This document shows positions 10,078 through 20,129 of a stretch of DNA of 64,000 nucleotides, one piece after another. The DNA is from Maricaulis sp. (GTDB lineage Bacteria > Pseudomonadota > Alphaproteobacteria > Caulobacterales > Maricaulaceae), in assembly GCF_015665295.1 (NCBI RefSeq), contig NZ_JADFAJ010000011.1:21652-85651 (forward strand). Direction: 5' to 3'. The notes under the pieces are model-generated. The model saw only the letters and a program-made list of their open reading frames with translations. It had not been told where the DNA came from and did no database searches. A program made the translations under genes and the position numbers. How positions within the stretch are numbered: the stretch's first letter is position 1; every line of letters starts with the position of its first letter.

Positions 10078-10524
10078 TCAACCGCCGCCGCTGCGCTTCA
10101 TCGTGACGAAGGTTTCTGCCTCGATCCGCCAGCGCCCCTCAACGCAGCGCCATTTGGCGAAATAGCGGCCCGTATAGCGGATGGCAAAGCCGTCGCTGGA
10201 CCAACTGCCGGTCCAGCGACCGGTTTCGGCCGCCAGATGGCTGTCCTCGCAGACCTCGATCCGCGACGGGGCACGCACATAGCGCACGTCCGGCATCGTG
10301 GTGAAAATGGAGGACCAGGCCTCCAGCTGCGCCTCGCGACCGGTAATCAGCTGGGCCTCGTCGCCGGGCACCAGGACGACATCCTCAACCAGATGCGCGG
10401 CGATCGCCTTCAGGGACCGGTTTTCCAGCGCCGCATTGAAATCGGCGCGGGCCATTGCGACGGCGCGCGCCGCCGCCTTGTCACCCACGAGCTGGGTGTC
10501 GGTTCCGGCCGGCTTGCGGGCCAT
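10078..10524 (-). CDS. SnoaL-like / NTF2-fold (DUF4440-like) protein
   Basis: The 148-aa product contains FNAALENRSLKAIAAHLVEDVVLVPG... and ...YFAKWRCVEGRWRIEAETFV, an NTF2-like pattern. It abuts the alaS stop. Confidence 0.55.
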   Translation of the reverse strand: MARKPAGTDTQLVGDKAAARAVAMARADFNAALENRSLKAIAAHLVEDVVLVPGDEAQLITGREAQLEAWSSIFTTMPDVRYVRAPSRIEVCEDSHLAAETGRWTGSWSSDGFAIRYTGRYFAKWRCVEGRWRIEAETFVTMKRSGGG

Positions 10525-13178
10525 CAGCCCGCCAGCACGTCACGAATGGCCGCGATGCCGGCTTCGGCCCTGGCGCCGTCCGGTCCGCCTGCCTGGGCGA
10601 AGTCCGGCCGGCCGCCGCCCCCCTTGCCGCCCACGGCAGCGGCGCCGGCCTTGACCAGATCAACCGCACCGAAGCGCTCCTTGAGGTCGTCGGTCACGCC
10701 GACCGCGAGGGCGGCCTTGCCATCATTGACGCCAATGAAGGCGGCAATGCCGGAGCCCATCTGCGCCTTGGCCTCATCGACGAGGCCGCGCAAATCCTTG
10801 CCGCCCACACCCTCGACCACGCGGCCGATGAAGTTGACGCCATTGACGCTCTCCGGGCCGGCCGGAGCACCAGCGGCGCCGCCACCCATGGCCAGCTGCT
10901 TCCTGGCTTCGGCAAGCTGACGCTCGAGCTTCTTGCGCTCTTCCATCAGGCCGGAGACGCGGCCGGCAAGCTCCGCCGTGGGGACTTTCAGCGCGTCAGC
11001 CGCGGCCCGGCCAAAGCCGAGCTGTTCTTCCATGTAGAGACGCGCGCCCTCGCCGGTCATCGCCTCGAGACGGCGGATGCCGGAGGACACAGCGCCTTCC
11101 GAGACAATCTTGAACAGGGCGATATCACCGGTACGCGCGACATGGGTGCCGCCGCACAGCTCGACCGAATAGGGTTTGTCATGATCGCCCAGCGCCTCGC
11201 CCATGGTGAGGACGCGGACCTTGTCGCCATATTTCTCACCGAACAGGGCCAGCGCGCCGGCCTCGATGGCCGCATCCGGCGTCATTTCGGCCGTCGAGAC
11301 GGCGGTATTCTGGCGGATGACCGCATTGACCTGGGCCTCGATGGCCACGATCTGCTCGGCCGTGACGGACTTGTTGTGCGAGAAGTCAAAGCGCAGCCGG
11401 TCAGGGCCGACATGCGAGCCCTTCTGGGTGACATGTGCGCCCAGCACATCGCGCAACGCGGCGTGGGCCAGGTGGGTGGCGGAGTGGTTGGCACGGATCG
11501 CGGCACGGCGCGGGGCGTCGGCGTCGAGCGTGGCGGTGTCGCCGAGCGTGATCTCGCCCTTCGTCAGCACGCCGATATGGGCATGCATGTCGCCGCCGCG
11601 CTTTTGCGTGTCCTCGACCGTGAAGATGGCGCCATCATCAAAGCGGATCTCACCGGTATCGCCGCACTGGCCGCCGCTCTCGCCGTAGAACGGCGTCTGG
11701 TCGAAGACGAGCTCGGCGCGTTGGCCGGCCCCCAACGCCTTGGCTTCCCGGCCGCCTGAAATGATCGCCGCCAGCCGCCCCTTGCCGCCAGTGCCGGCAT
11801 AGCCGGTGAAACGGGAGGCCCCGACCTTGTCGCGCACGGCGAACCAGACCGCATCCGGCGCTGCATCGCCGGAGGAGAACTTGCTGGCCCGCGCATCGGC
11901 GCGCTGCTTGGCCATGGCCGTATCAAAGCCCGCCTCATCCACCGTCATGCCCTTGGCGCGCAGCGCGTCCTGGGTCAGGTCGAGGGGGAAGCCATAGGTG
12001 TCGTAGAGCTTGAACGCGGTTTCGCCGGGCAGGGCTTCGCCCTCGGTCATGTCGGCGGTTGCCTCTTCCAGAAGGGAGAGACCACGGCCGAGCGTGCGCT
12101 GGAAGCGCTCCTCCTCGACCTCAAGCGTCTCCTCGAGCAGGGCCTGGGCCCGCACCAGTTCCGGATAGGCATCGCCCATCTCGGCGCTGAGCGCTTTCAC
12201 CAGCTTCCATATCACCGGTTCGCCGGCGCCAAGGATATGCGCATGGCGCATGGCCCGGCGCATGATCCGGCGCAGCACATAGCCGCGGCCCTCATTCGAC
12301 GGGCTGACACCATCAGCCATCAGGAAGCAGGTCGAGCGCAGATGGTCGGCAATGACGCGGTGGCTGGCAAGGGCGTCACCCTCGGCCTTGACGCCGAGCA
12401 CGTCCTCACCGGCCGCAATGAGATTGCGGAACAGGTCGGTCTCGTAATTATTGTGCTTGCCCTGGAGGATGGCGGCGATGCGCTCCAGTCCCATGCCGGT
12501 ATCAATGGAGGGTTTGGGCAGGTTGATGCGCTCGTCCGGGCCGAGCTGTTCGAACTGCATGAAGACGAGGTTCCAGATCTCGATGAAACGGTCACCATCC
12601 TCGTCCGGCGAACCGGGCGGGCCACCGGCGATCGACGGGCCATGGTCGAAAAAGATTTCCGAGCACGGACCGCACGGGCCGGTCTCGCCCATGGACCAGA
12701 AATTGTCCGAGGTCGAAATGCCGATAATGCGTTCGTCCGGCAGGCCGGCGATCTTGCGCCACAGGGCGCGCGCCTCGTCATCCTCGGCATAGACGGTGAC
12801 CAGGAGCTTGTCGGCCGGCAGGGCGAATTCCTTGGTCACCAGCTGCCAGGCATGCGCGATCGCCTCTTCCTTGAAATAATCGCCGAAGGAGAAATTCCCC
12901 AGCATTTCAAAGAAGGTGTGGTGGCGCGCCGTATAGCCGACATTGTCGAGATCATTGTGCTTGCCACCGGCGCGCACGCATTTTTGCGACGAGGCCGCGC
13001 GCGGCTTGGCGCGCTTTTCCTGGCCGGTGAAGGCATTCTTGAACGGCACCATGCCGGCATTGACGAACAGGAGGGTCGGATCGTCCTGCGGGACCAGGGG
13101 CGCCGACTGGACCACTTCATGGTCCTGGCTGGCGAAATAGTCGAGGAAAGTCGCACGGATGTCGCGCAGGCTGGCCAT
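10524..13178 (-). CDS. alaS: alanine--tRNA ligase
   Basis: The 884-aa product begins [47 protein letters not shown] and is full length. Confidence 0.97.
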   Translation of the reverse strand: MASLRDIRATFLDYFASQDHEVVQSAPLVPQDDPTLLFVNAGMVPFKNAFTGQEKRAKPRAASSQKCVRAGGKHNDLDNVGYTARHHTFFEMLGNFSFGDYFKEEAIAHAWQLVTKEFALPADKLLVTVYAEDDEARALWRKIAGLPDERIIGISTSDNFWSMGETGPCGPCSEIFFDHGPSIAGGPPGSPDEDGDRFIEIWNLVFMQFEQLGPDERINLPKPSIDTGMGLERIAAILQGKHNNYETDLFRNLIAAGEDVLGVKAEGDALASHRVIADHLRSTCFLMADGVSPSNEGRGYVLRRIMRRAMRHAHILGAGEPVIWKLVKALSAEMGDAYPELVRAQALLEETLEVEEERFQRTLGRGLSLLEEATADMTEGEALPGETAFKLYDTYGFPLDLTQDALRAKGMTVDEAGFDTAMAKQRADARASKFSSGDAAPDAVWFAVRDKVGASRFTGYAGTGGKGRLAAIISGGREAKALGAGQRAELVFDQTPFYGESGGQCGDTGEIRFDDGAIFTVEDTQKRGGDMHAHIGVLTKGEITLGDTATLDADAPRRAAIRANHSATHLAHAALRDVLGAHVTQKGSHVGPDRLRFDFSHNKSVTAEQIVAIEAQVNAVIRQNTAVSTAEMTPDAAIEAGALALFGEKYGDKVRVLTMGEALGDHDKPYSVELCGGTHVARTGDIALFKIVSEGAVSSGIRRLEAMTGEGARLYMEEQLGFGRAAADALKVPTAELAGRVSGLMEERKKLERQLAEARKQLAMGGGAAGAPAGPESVNGVNFIGRVVEGVGGKDLRGLVDEAKAQMGSGIAAFIGVNDGKAALAVGVTDDLKERFGAVDLVKAGAAAVGGKGGGGRPDFAQAGGPDGARAEAGIAAIRDVLAG

Positions 13179-13446
13179 GATGTCCGATCCCGTCGGCTGG
13201 AGTGTCGCGCGCCGACCTGACAGGTCGACACAAACCGGTTTCTGTAGACTGACATATAGAAACGGGTGCCCGGCCTAGCCAAGCACCCGTTCACAATCAA
13301 GCTGCGATTGTCGCGACAGCGTGACGGACATGTCGCGGACCGGTCGGCATCGAGGCCTCAACCTGCGCCCTGCAGGACCCGGCCGGAGCCGTCCCCCGCG
13401 ACGCGCACGAGATGGCGGACCCGCAGCGCCAGCGCCTTGGCCATGC

Positions 13447-13484
13447 CCCGGATCGATGTCCCGGATCGATGTCCCGGATCGATG
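13447..13484. repeat. 13-bp tandem repeat, ~2.9 copies (cccggatcgatgt)
   Basis: The sequence read directly is cccggatcgatgt cccggatcgatgt cccggatcgatg. It lies in the recA-alaS spacer. Confidence 0.9.
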
Positions 13485-13558
13485 CGCTCAATCAGCACCG
13501 CAGGACAACGCCCGGGAAGCAGCCCGTCGAATCCGGTTGTGGCGTCCGCCAGTCGCGG

Positions 13559-14641
13559 CTAGCCCGCCGCGACGTCTTCCTCTTCCGGCAGGTCAGGACC
13601 GGTGAGCATTTCGTCGGCGATCAGGCCGGCATTGGCGCGCACCTTGGACTCGATCTCACTGGCAATGTCCGGATTGCTGAGCATGAACTGGCGGGCATTT
13701 TCACGGCCCTGCCCGATGCGTTCGGAATTGTAGGAGTACCAGGACCCCGACTTCTCGATCACATCGCCCTTGACGCCGAGATCGATGAGCTCGCCCATCT
13801 TGGAAATGCCCTCGCCGTAGAGAATGTCGAATTCGACCTCGCGGAAGGGCGGCGCGACCTTGTTCTTCACCACCTTGACGCGGGTCTGGTTGCCGATCAC
13901 CTCGTCGCGATTCTTGATTGCCCCGATCCGGCGGATGTCGAGCCGGACGGAGGAGTAGAATTTCAGCGCATTGCCGCCGGTCGTGGTTTCCGGCGAGCCG
14001 AACATGACACCGATTTTCATGCGGATCTGGTTGATGAAGATGACCAGGCATTTCGACTTCGAGATCGAGCCGGTCAGCTTGCGCAGCGCCTGGCTCATCA
14101 GGCGGGCCTGGAGGCCCGGCAGGCTGTCGCCCATTTCACCTTCAAGCTCGGCGCGCGGCGTCAGCGCGGCGACGGAGTCGATGACCAGGATGTCGACGGC
14201 ACCGGAGCGAACCAGCGTATCGGCAATCTCGAGCGCCTGCTCACCGGCATCGGGCTGCGACACCAGGAGCTCGCCGACATCGACGCCCAGCTTGCCGGCA
14301 TAGATCGGATCGAGCGCGTGCTCGGCATCGATGAAAGCGGCCACGCCGCCCGCTTTCTGGGCCTCGGCGACGGTGTGCAAAGCGAGCGTCGTCTTGCCCG
14401 AGCTTTCCGGACCGTAGATCTCGATGATCCGGCCCTTGGGCAGACCGCCAATGCCGAGCGCGATATCGAGCCCCAGCGAGCCGGTGGAAATCGTCTCGAT
14501 CTCCATGGCCGGCTTCTGGCCCAGCTTCATCACCGAACCCTTGCCGAAGGCCTTGTCGATCTGGCTCAGCGCCGCCTCGATGGCCTTTTCCTTGTCCATG
14601 TTCTTTTCGTTCTTCACGAGTCGAATCGCGCCCTTGCTCAT
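13559..14641 (-). CDS. recA: recombinase RecA
   Basis: The product contains ...[26 protein letters not shown]...[16 protein letters not shown] chose the start at ATG 14641 (AGGGA 8 nt upstream). The ATG at 14650 is an alternative. Confidence 0.95.
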   Translation of the reverse strand: MSKGAIRLVKNEKNMDKEKAIEAALSQIDKAFGKGSVMKLGQKPAMEIETISTGSLGLDIALGIGGLPKGRIIEIYGPESSGKTTLALHTVAEAQKAGGVAAFIDAEHALDPIYAGKLGVDVGELLVSQPDAGEQALEIADTLVRSGAVDILVIDSVAALTPRAELEGEMGDSLPGLQARLMSQALRKLTGSISKSKCLVIFINQIRMKIGVMFGSPETTTGGNALKFYSSVRLDIRRIGAIKNRDEVIGNQTRVKVVKNKVAPPFREVEFDILYGEGISKMGELIDLGVKGDVIEKSGSWYSYNSERIGQGRENARQFMLSNPDIASEIESKVRANAGLIADEMLTGPDLPEEEDVAAG

Positions 14642-14711
14642 AGCCTTCATCCCTTATTTCACGCCCCTCAGGTATGGGCAACCGAGCTCCGGTGTACCAA
14701 TTTTGTTCCCG

Positions 14712-14726
14712 GAACACAAGCGGAAC
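14712..14726. promoter_or_regulatory. alphaproteobacterial-type SOS (LexA) box upstream of recA
   Basis: GAACACAAGCGGAAC on the + strand equals GTTC-N7-GTTC on the recA strand. It lies about 70 nt upstream of the recA start. Confidence 0.7.
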
Positions 14727-14814
14727 ATCTATGGTTAACAAAACGGAACAAAGGCCGATCAACCGTCATAAAGTGCGATTTGTATTTCCACCTCACAGCC
14801 CCTAGCTTGGACAG

Positions 14815-16203
14815 ATGACGGATATCGCTCGACGAATTGGATCACGACGGAATCGCGGCCTCGCCGCAGGCCTCCTGCTGACATTGCTGGCCGGCTGCAG
14901 CCCGCGCTCGAGCATGCCCGCCCCCGAACCGGACACGCTGGCGCTGATTCGCGAGCGCGGTGAGCTGATCGTGCTGACCCTGCCCGGCCCGACCAGCTAT
15001 GAGGACGGCTCGGACGGCCCCGAAGGGTATGAGGTCGACCTCGCCCGCGCCTTCGCGGACAGCCTGGGCGTCGCGGTGCGGTTCGAGACCGCCGACTCGA
15101 TTCCTCGCCTGCTCGGTGCGCTCGAAAACGGCGAGGGTCATATCGCTGCAGCCGGATTGACCCAGACTGCAGAGCGGGCGGCAAGGCTTGCCTTTGCGCC
15201 CGCCTACAAGTCGGTGACCGAGCAGCTGGTCTGTCGGCGCGGCGGGCCGACACCGACCCGGCGTCACAGCCTGCCCGGAACCGATATCCTGGTGCTGGAA
15301 GGCTCCAGCTACGAGGAGACCTTGCGCTCGCTGCAGGCCGGCCTGCCGGATCTGGGCTGGCGGACACAGCCGGCCGGGTCTGCCATGCCGCTGCTGGACG
15401 CGGTGGAGGGCGGCGATGCCGACTGCACCGTCGCCGACTCCCATCTCGCCGACTTCGCCCGGCGCCGCCATCCCGAATTGGTCGTGGCGCAAAATCTCAC
15501 GGGCGAGCAACCCCTGGCCTGGGCCGTGGACCCGCGCGTGGACGGGCTGCCAGACGCCTTGACCAGCTGGTTTGCCGAAGCCCACGCCAACGGACTTCTC
15601 GAGGCCCTCGACGAGACCTGGTTCGGGCAGTACGGCGATTACGACTATGTCGACATTGCGCGTTTCGTGCGCCGCGTCGACGATCGTCTGCCGCGCTATC
15701 GCCGCATCTTCGAGACCGTCGCTGAAGACCTGCCCTTTGATTGGGAATTGCTGGCCGCGCAGGCCTACCAGGAATCGCATTGGGACCCTGATGCGGTCAG
15801 CGCGACCGGGGTGCGCGGATTGATGATGCTGACCCTGTCGACCGCCGAACGGGTCGGCATTGAGGACCGTACGGATCCGCGCCAGAGCATTCGGGGCGGC
15901 GCCGCCTATCTGGATGATCTCTACGCGCGTGTTCCCGACGGGGTGACCGGCGAGGACCGGCTGTGGTTTGCGCTCGCCGCGTACAATGTCGGCATGGGCC
16001 ACATGTATGATGCACGGCGACTGGCGGAACGCCTCGGCCGCGACAAGAACAGCTGGGACGACCTCGCCGAGACCCTGCCCCTGCTGTCGGATCCGCAATA
16101 CTATCCGACGCTGCGCTATGGCTATGCCCGTGGTCACGAGCCGGTCCGCTATGTCGCCAAAATCCGAGAATACCGCGCCATGCTGGCTGCCCAGGACCTC
16201 TGA
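14815..16203 (+). CDS. mltF: membrane-bound lytic murein transglycosylase F-like (SBP_bac_3 + SLT domains)
   Basis: The 462-aa product has a lipoprotein signal (LLTLLAGCS), an N-terminal solute-binding-like domain and a C-terminal SLT motif (AQAYQESHWDPDAVSATGVRGLMMLT...AAYNVG). Confidence 0.85.
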   Translation: MTDIARRIGSRRNRGLAAGLLLTLLAGCSPRSSMPAPEPDTLALIRERGELIVLTLPGPTSYEDGSDGPEGYEVDLARAFADSLGVAVRFETADSIPRLLGALENGEGHIAAAGLTQTAERAARLAFAPAYKSVTEQLVCRRGGPTPTRRHSLPGTDILVLEGSSYEETLRSLQAGLPDLGWRTQPAGSAMPLLDAVEGGDADCTVADSHLADFARRRHPELVVAQNLTGEQPLAWAVDPRVDGLPDALTSWFAEAHANGLLEALDETWFGQYGDYDYVDIARFVRRVDDRLPRYRRIFETVAEDLPFDWELLAAQAYQESHWDPDAVSATGVRGLMMLTLSTAERVGIEDRTDPRQSIRGGAAYLDDLYARVPDGVTGEDRLWFALAAYNVGMGHMYDARRLAERLGRDKNSWDDLAETLPLLSDPQYYPTLRYGYARGHEPVRYVAKIREYRAMLAAQDL

Positions 16204-16292
16204 CCCGGACCGCGCGCCCTGGCTGAACATGCCCCGGAAAAAAGGGCGCGCCCGACGGACGCGCCCCTGTCTGTTCGGTCTGCCGGTTCAGC

Positions 16293-16865
16293 CTAGCGGC
16301 GGCGACGGGCGACGCGATCGATTTCGGCCTGGACCTTCTCGTCGACGATCGACGGCAGGTTGGCATCGAGCCATTCCTTGAGCATCGGACGCAGCAGGGC
16401 GCGAACCACGCCTTCCAGCGTGCGGCCTTCCTCGTCTGAGATACGGATATTCTCGGCCAGGGTGTGGAACGATCCCATGGCGGCAGCGGCCGCCGGCTCG
16501 CTCATGATACCATCGGCGGTTTCATCAGCCAGCGCGTCGAAATCGATTTCGGGCTCGGGCTCGGCCATGACCGGCTCGTCCTCGATCTCCTCCTCACGAT
16601 CGACAATCATCAGATCATCATCAACGGACATCGGTTCGGAGCCGGCGTCGTTCGTGTCGACCCGTTCGGTCAGTTCGAGCACGTCATCGGCGCCACTTTC
16701 CTCGACCGGCGCGTCGAACAGGGCATCGACATCATCCTGGCTTTTCGGGACCTCATCGACGGCCTCAGCCTCGGCCGGCGCATCATCATCGTCCTCGTTG
16801 ATGATGCGGCGAATCGAGGAGAGGATTTCCTCCATCGACGGTTCGTTTTCAGCGGCATCGGCCAT
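16293..16865 (-). CDS. popZ: polar organizing protein PopZ (DUF2497 C-terminus)
   Basis: The 190-aa product has MEEILSSIRRIINEDD at the N-terminus, an acidic/Pro-rich middle and C-terminal GRTLEGVVRALLRPMLKEWLDANLPSIVDEKVQAEIDRV. It closely parallels Caulobacter PopZ. Confidence 0.9.
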   Translation of the reverse strand: MADAAENEPSMEEILSSIRRIINEDDDDAPAEAEAVDEVPKSQDDVDALFDAPVEESGADDVLELTERVDTNDAGSEPMSVDDDLMIVDREEEIEDEPVMAEPEPEIDFDALADETADGIMSEPAAAAAMGSFHTLAENIRISDEEGRTLEGVVRALLRPMLKEWLDANLPSIVDEKVQAEIDRVARRRR

Positions 16866-16886
16866 GAGCGCCCAAGTCCTTGTTTT

Positions 16887-16977
16887 CGGTCTGCGTCTTC
16901 GGTCTGCGTCTTCAGTCTGCGTCTGCAGTCTGCGTCTTCGGTTTGCGTCTGCAGTCTGCGTCTGCAGTTTCGTCGGC
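16887..16977. repeat. 13-bp tandem repeat, 6 good copies plus 1 degenerate copy (cggtctgcgtctt / cagtctgcgtctg)
   Basis: Read directly from the sequence. The array starts 22 nt upstream of the popZ ATG, within the tolC-popZ spacer. The period is not a multiple of 3. Confidence 0.9.
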
Positions 16978-17068
16978 GTTTGCGGGCCACCGCACGCGGC
17001 AGCCTCCCGTGATACGCGAATAAACCGGGCCGCAACTCGCCTGTCCAGCCCGAGACTCTTCGAAAACC

Positions 17069-18457
17069 CTAATTCCAGGGCGTTAAGTCAAGGTTAGGGA
17101 AACGCGATTCGCGGGAAACCCCTGCAGCGGCATCATAGATTTCCACGTCCAGGCCAAGCGTTTCCGCAGAGGCCAGCCCCATGGCCTGCAACAGGCGATA
17201 GCCGGCAACAAAGCTGTCGCGCTCGGCGGTCACGAAGGTGAGACGCGATTCGAGCAATTCCTGTTCGGCATTGAGCACATCCAGCGTGGTGCGGATGCCG
17301 ACGAAGGCCTCCTGCTGCACGCCATCCAGCGCAATCTCGTTGGCACGCACGGCCTGGCGGCTCGATTCGATCACGGCCAGCGACGCAACATAGGAATACC
17401 AGGCATTGGTCACGGCTTCGGTGACCTGGCGCCTCGCGTCACGGACCAGGAAGCGGGCCTGCTCTTCCTGCGCCACGGCGGCGCGGACGCGCGACCGGTT
17501 GAGGCCGCCCGTGAAGATCGGCATCGAGACCTGGCCCATGATCGATGCGCTGTCGCGAACATCGCCGGAAAAGCTTGAATCCCGGGCCGAAGAGGCCGAG
17601 GCGGTCAGCGAGACTTCCGGACGCAAGGCGCCGCGGGCAATGCGGATCGCATGCTGGGCGGCCTCTTCGCTATAACGGGCAGCCAGCAATTGCGGGCTGT
17701 TGTCGAAGGCGTATTCCGCGGCATCGGCCAGATTGTCCGGCAGGGGCGGCAGGGCGGGCGGTTCGCTCAGCGAGGCGGCCGGCTGACCGGTCACGCGCTC
17801 ATAGGCAGCGCGGCTGGCCGCCATCTGCGCCTGGGCGGCAGACAGCTGGGTCTGGGCCAGCGACAGGCGCGCCTCGGCCTGCGACACGTCGGTCCGGGTG
17901 ATCTCGCCAACCTCGAACCGGTCGCGCGCGGCCCGCAGTTGCTGGGCGAGGACTTCGACATTGTTCTGGCGGATCTCGACGACATTGCTGTCGCGTCGCA
18001 CATCCATGAAAGCCGTGACGGCACTCACCAGCACGGTCTGCTCGGTCGCACGAAGGTTTTCACGCCCCGCCATCACGACCGCGGTCGCCTGGTCGATCGC
18101 CCCGTCGATCCGGCCACCGCGATAGATCGGCTGGCTGGCCGAAAGGCCGTAATTCTTGGGCGTTGCATCCGACTCGTAACTATTGGTGGAATTGTTGATC
18201 TGCGAGAAGCTTTCGCCTTCCGCGTGCGATCGCGAGATCGAGGCCGAGGCTGAAACCGACGGCAGACGTCCCGCCTCGGCCTGGACGCGCCCCTCATCGG
18301 TGGCACGCAGGCGGGCGCGTTCGGCCTGCAGGGTCGGGTTGGAGTTGTAGGCCAGTGCCAGCGTCTCTTCGAGCGTTTGTGCCTGCCCGGCGCCGGCAAG
18401 CGCGAGGGCCGATGCACCCGCTGCCAGAACGAGCGCCAAATTCTTCAATCGCGACAT
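17069..18457 (-). CDS. tolC: TolC-family outer membrane efflux protein
   Basis: The 462-aa product has a signal peptide (ALALAGAGQAQ), TLEETLALAYNSNPTLQA and two repeated OEP halves. Confidence 0.9.
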   Translation of the reverse strand: MSRLKNLALVLAAGASALALAGAGQAQTLEETLALAYNSNPTLQAERARLRATDEGRVQAEAGRLPSVSASASISRSHAEGESFSQINNSTNSYESDATPKNYGLSASQPIYRGGRIDGAIDQATAVVMAGRENLRATEQTVLVSAVTAFMDVRRDSNVVEIRQNNVEVLAQQLRAARDRFEVGEITRTDVSQAEARLSLAQTQLSAAQAQMAASRAAYERVTGQPAASLSEPPALPPLPDNLADAAEYAFDNSPQLLAARYSEEAAQHAIRIARGALRPEVSLTASASSARDSSFSGDVRDSASIMGQVSMPIFTGGLNRSRVRAAVAQEEQARFLVRDARRQVTEAVTNAWYSYVASLAVIESSRQAVRANEIALDGVQQEAFVGIRTTLDVLNAEQELLESRLTFVTAERDSFVAGYRLLQAMGLASAETLGLDVEIYDAAAGVSRESRFPNLDLTPWN

Positions 18458-18768
18458 TACGAACCCCTCTTGCAGCGCCGGAACCGTGTCCGGCGCCCTG
18501 CCTCATACTAGCGCGTCATCCGTCCCGATCCAGTGTTGGTGACCGGGTGCGGCCAAAATCTGCCCACGCGCATACCACGCCAGCATATAGGCACGCCATG
18601 ATTAAAAGTGAACACTGTTCACTCTGATATTTCCGTAACAATTCCCGTCCCTGCCGCATTCGCAGCCAGACGCAGACCCGGACCGGCGGCCGAGCCTGTC
18701 GGGATTGAACGGGCGAGACCACTGATTCCGTTCCTTCCGGACCGGAAACAAGTCGGCACCGGGTATTG

Positions 18769-19422
18769 TCAGAGGACGAATCCGGCCTCGGCCTGGAAAC
18801 CCGGCAGCGGCGCGACATTGGCGTCGAAAACGACACGCTCGCCGATCCCTGCTGCCGAACGGGTAAAGATGGTCGCCTTGCCGATCGGCCCCTTGCTGAT
18901 CACGGCAGCCAGACGTCCGCCGGGCGCCAGCTGGTCGAGCCAGGCCTGGGGCACCTCATCGACCGCCCCATTGACGAAGATCACGTCGAACGGTCCCTGC
19001 TTGGCAACGCCGGCCGCCAGATCGCCCTCGATCACGACGGCATTGTCGGCACCAATGTCAGACAGCAGGCTGGGCGCGCGCGCCAGGCTGTCCTCGTCTG
19101 ACTCAAGCCCCACGACGGTTCCGGCCATACGCGCCAGGATTGCAGTCGAATAGCCGCGGGCACACGCGATATCGAGCACCAGCTCATCCGGCTGGATGTC
19201 CGCCGCATGCACCAGCTTGGCGAAATCGCGCGGCCGCATCAGCGTGCGCTCATCGCCGATCGCGACCTGGGAATCAGAATAGGCTGAGGCGCGCCGGGCG
19301 CGCGGCACGAAGAGGTGTCGCGGCACATCAAGGAAGGCCGCGATCAGGCGCCGGTCCGTGACATCTGACGGGCGGATCTGGCAATCCACCATCTGCTTGC
19401 GCGCCGTTTCGAATTCGCTCAC
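18769..19422 (-). CDS. pcm: protein-L-isoaspartate O-methyltransferase family protein
   Basis: The product contains MVDCQIRPSDVTD..L..AFLDVPRHLFVP and LDIACARGYSTAILA (SAM motif). I propose the GTG start at 19422, preceded by GGGAGAG. The ORF-track ATG at 19500 is an alternative. Confidence 0.8.
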   Translation of the reverse strand: MSEFETARKQMVDCQIRPSDVTDRRLIAAFLDVPRHLFVPRARRASAYSDSQVAIGDERTLMRPRDFAKLVHAADIQPDELVLDIACARGYSTAILARMAGTVVGLESDEDSLARAPSLLSDIGADNAVVIEGDLAAGVAKQGPFDVIFVNGAVDEVPQAWLDQLAPGGRLAAVISKGPIGKATIFTRSAAGIGERVVFDANVAPLPGFQAEAGFVL

Positions 19423-19940
19423 GAGGCTCTCCCTGACCAGGCCCTGTTGGGGTACGGATTGTCGCTGATATATCCCGGCATCGCACAGCGCCGCAAGCAT
19501 GCCACTGCGCGCGCGTGGAATTGCCCTGCAATCGGAAAGGGGATGACCGTAGCTCTTCGCCCTGACAGGGCGAAGCGGATCGCCCCATGGCGGCGAGACG
19601 GCGTGGGTGACGGGAGGTCGGTGACAGAACGCCGGCCCAGCTTCGGCACTGAACGACCGCCCCTCAGTAGCTGGCGCATTGGAATCGGCGGCGAGCGCGT
19701 CCGGGAAAGCTCCGCGAACGGGATGCCGGCGAAGTCACCTTGTGCAAATCCACCGGCTGTCGGCATCGGCCAGCACTCCCCTGCCCTCCCATTCTTTCGG
19801 CGTGAAAGCGTGCGGAGCGAACGGCGTGTTGTCACACGACCAGCCCGTCGCGGAAAAGCGCGCGCGGCGCGGGCCCGGGGATCAGCCATCTGCTCGGCCG
19901 GAGGATGTCCATTTCAGGTGATATGGCGGAAGATCCTGAA

Positions 19941-19985
19941 ATGGTGAGCCGACAGGGATTCGAACCCTGGACCTACTGATTAAAA
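19941..19985. repeat. att-like direct repeat: duplicated 3' part of tRNA-Lys
   Basis: atggtgagccgacagggattcgaaccctggacctactgattaaaa is identical to 21856..21900. Identity ends inside the anticodon-loop position. Confidence 0.9.
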
Positions 19986-20129
19986 TTTACAATATTACTT
20001 CATTAAATCAACGAGTTACCTGTCTAGCCCGCCGAATTCGCGCCATTTGAAATCAAGCACTTATATGAACCACGTTAAACGGCAACACTCTTCGCGGCAG
20101 CCGGTTGGCCCACACGCGAAAGCTACGCA

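Noticed and set aside
10237-11759. The + strand ORFs 10237..10920 and 10455..11759 (434 aa).
   Set aside because: They are antisense to alaS and the SnoaL-like gene, and are Ala/Arg/Gly-rich shadows.
13412-14818. A 468-aa + strand ORF covering recA.
   Set aside because: It is antisense to recA and has no recognisable domains.
14842-16230. A 462-aa minus-strand ORF mirroring mltF.
   Set aside because: It is antisense to the MltF-like gene, which has a lipobox, an SBP domain and an SLT motif. The mirror ORF has none.
16887-16977. Could the tandem repeats here (or at 13447-13484) be a CRISPR array?
   Set aside because: The units are only 13 bp and directly abutting with no spacers. No cas genes are present in the window.
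16360-17097. A 245-aa + strand ORF and neighbouring ORFs crossing the 13-bp repeat array (repeating SASSVCVCSLRLR peptides).
   Set aside because: The first part is antisense to popZ. Across the array the repeat period is 13 nt, so the frame is not preserved between units, and the product is Ser-rich low complexity.
19500-19940. RNase P RNA, tmRNA or a cobalamin riboswitch in the ORF-free GC-rich spacer.
   Set aside because: No GAGGAAAGTCCGG-type P4 motif, no tRNA-like 3' end and no B12-box-like sequence was found by eye on either strand. It is kept only as an unexplained region.
19941-19985. A second tRNA-Lys gene.
   Set aside because: Only the 3' 44 nt (+1) of the tRNA are present. The sequence upstream of the anticodon-loop position (tttacaatatt...) cannot form D or acceptor arms. 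I interpret it as an att duplication.
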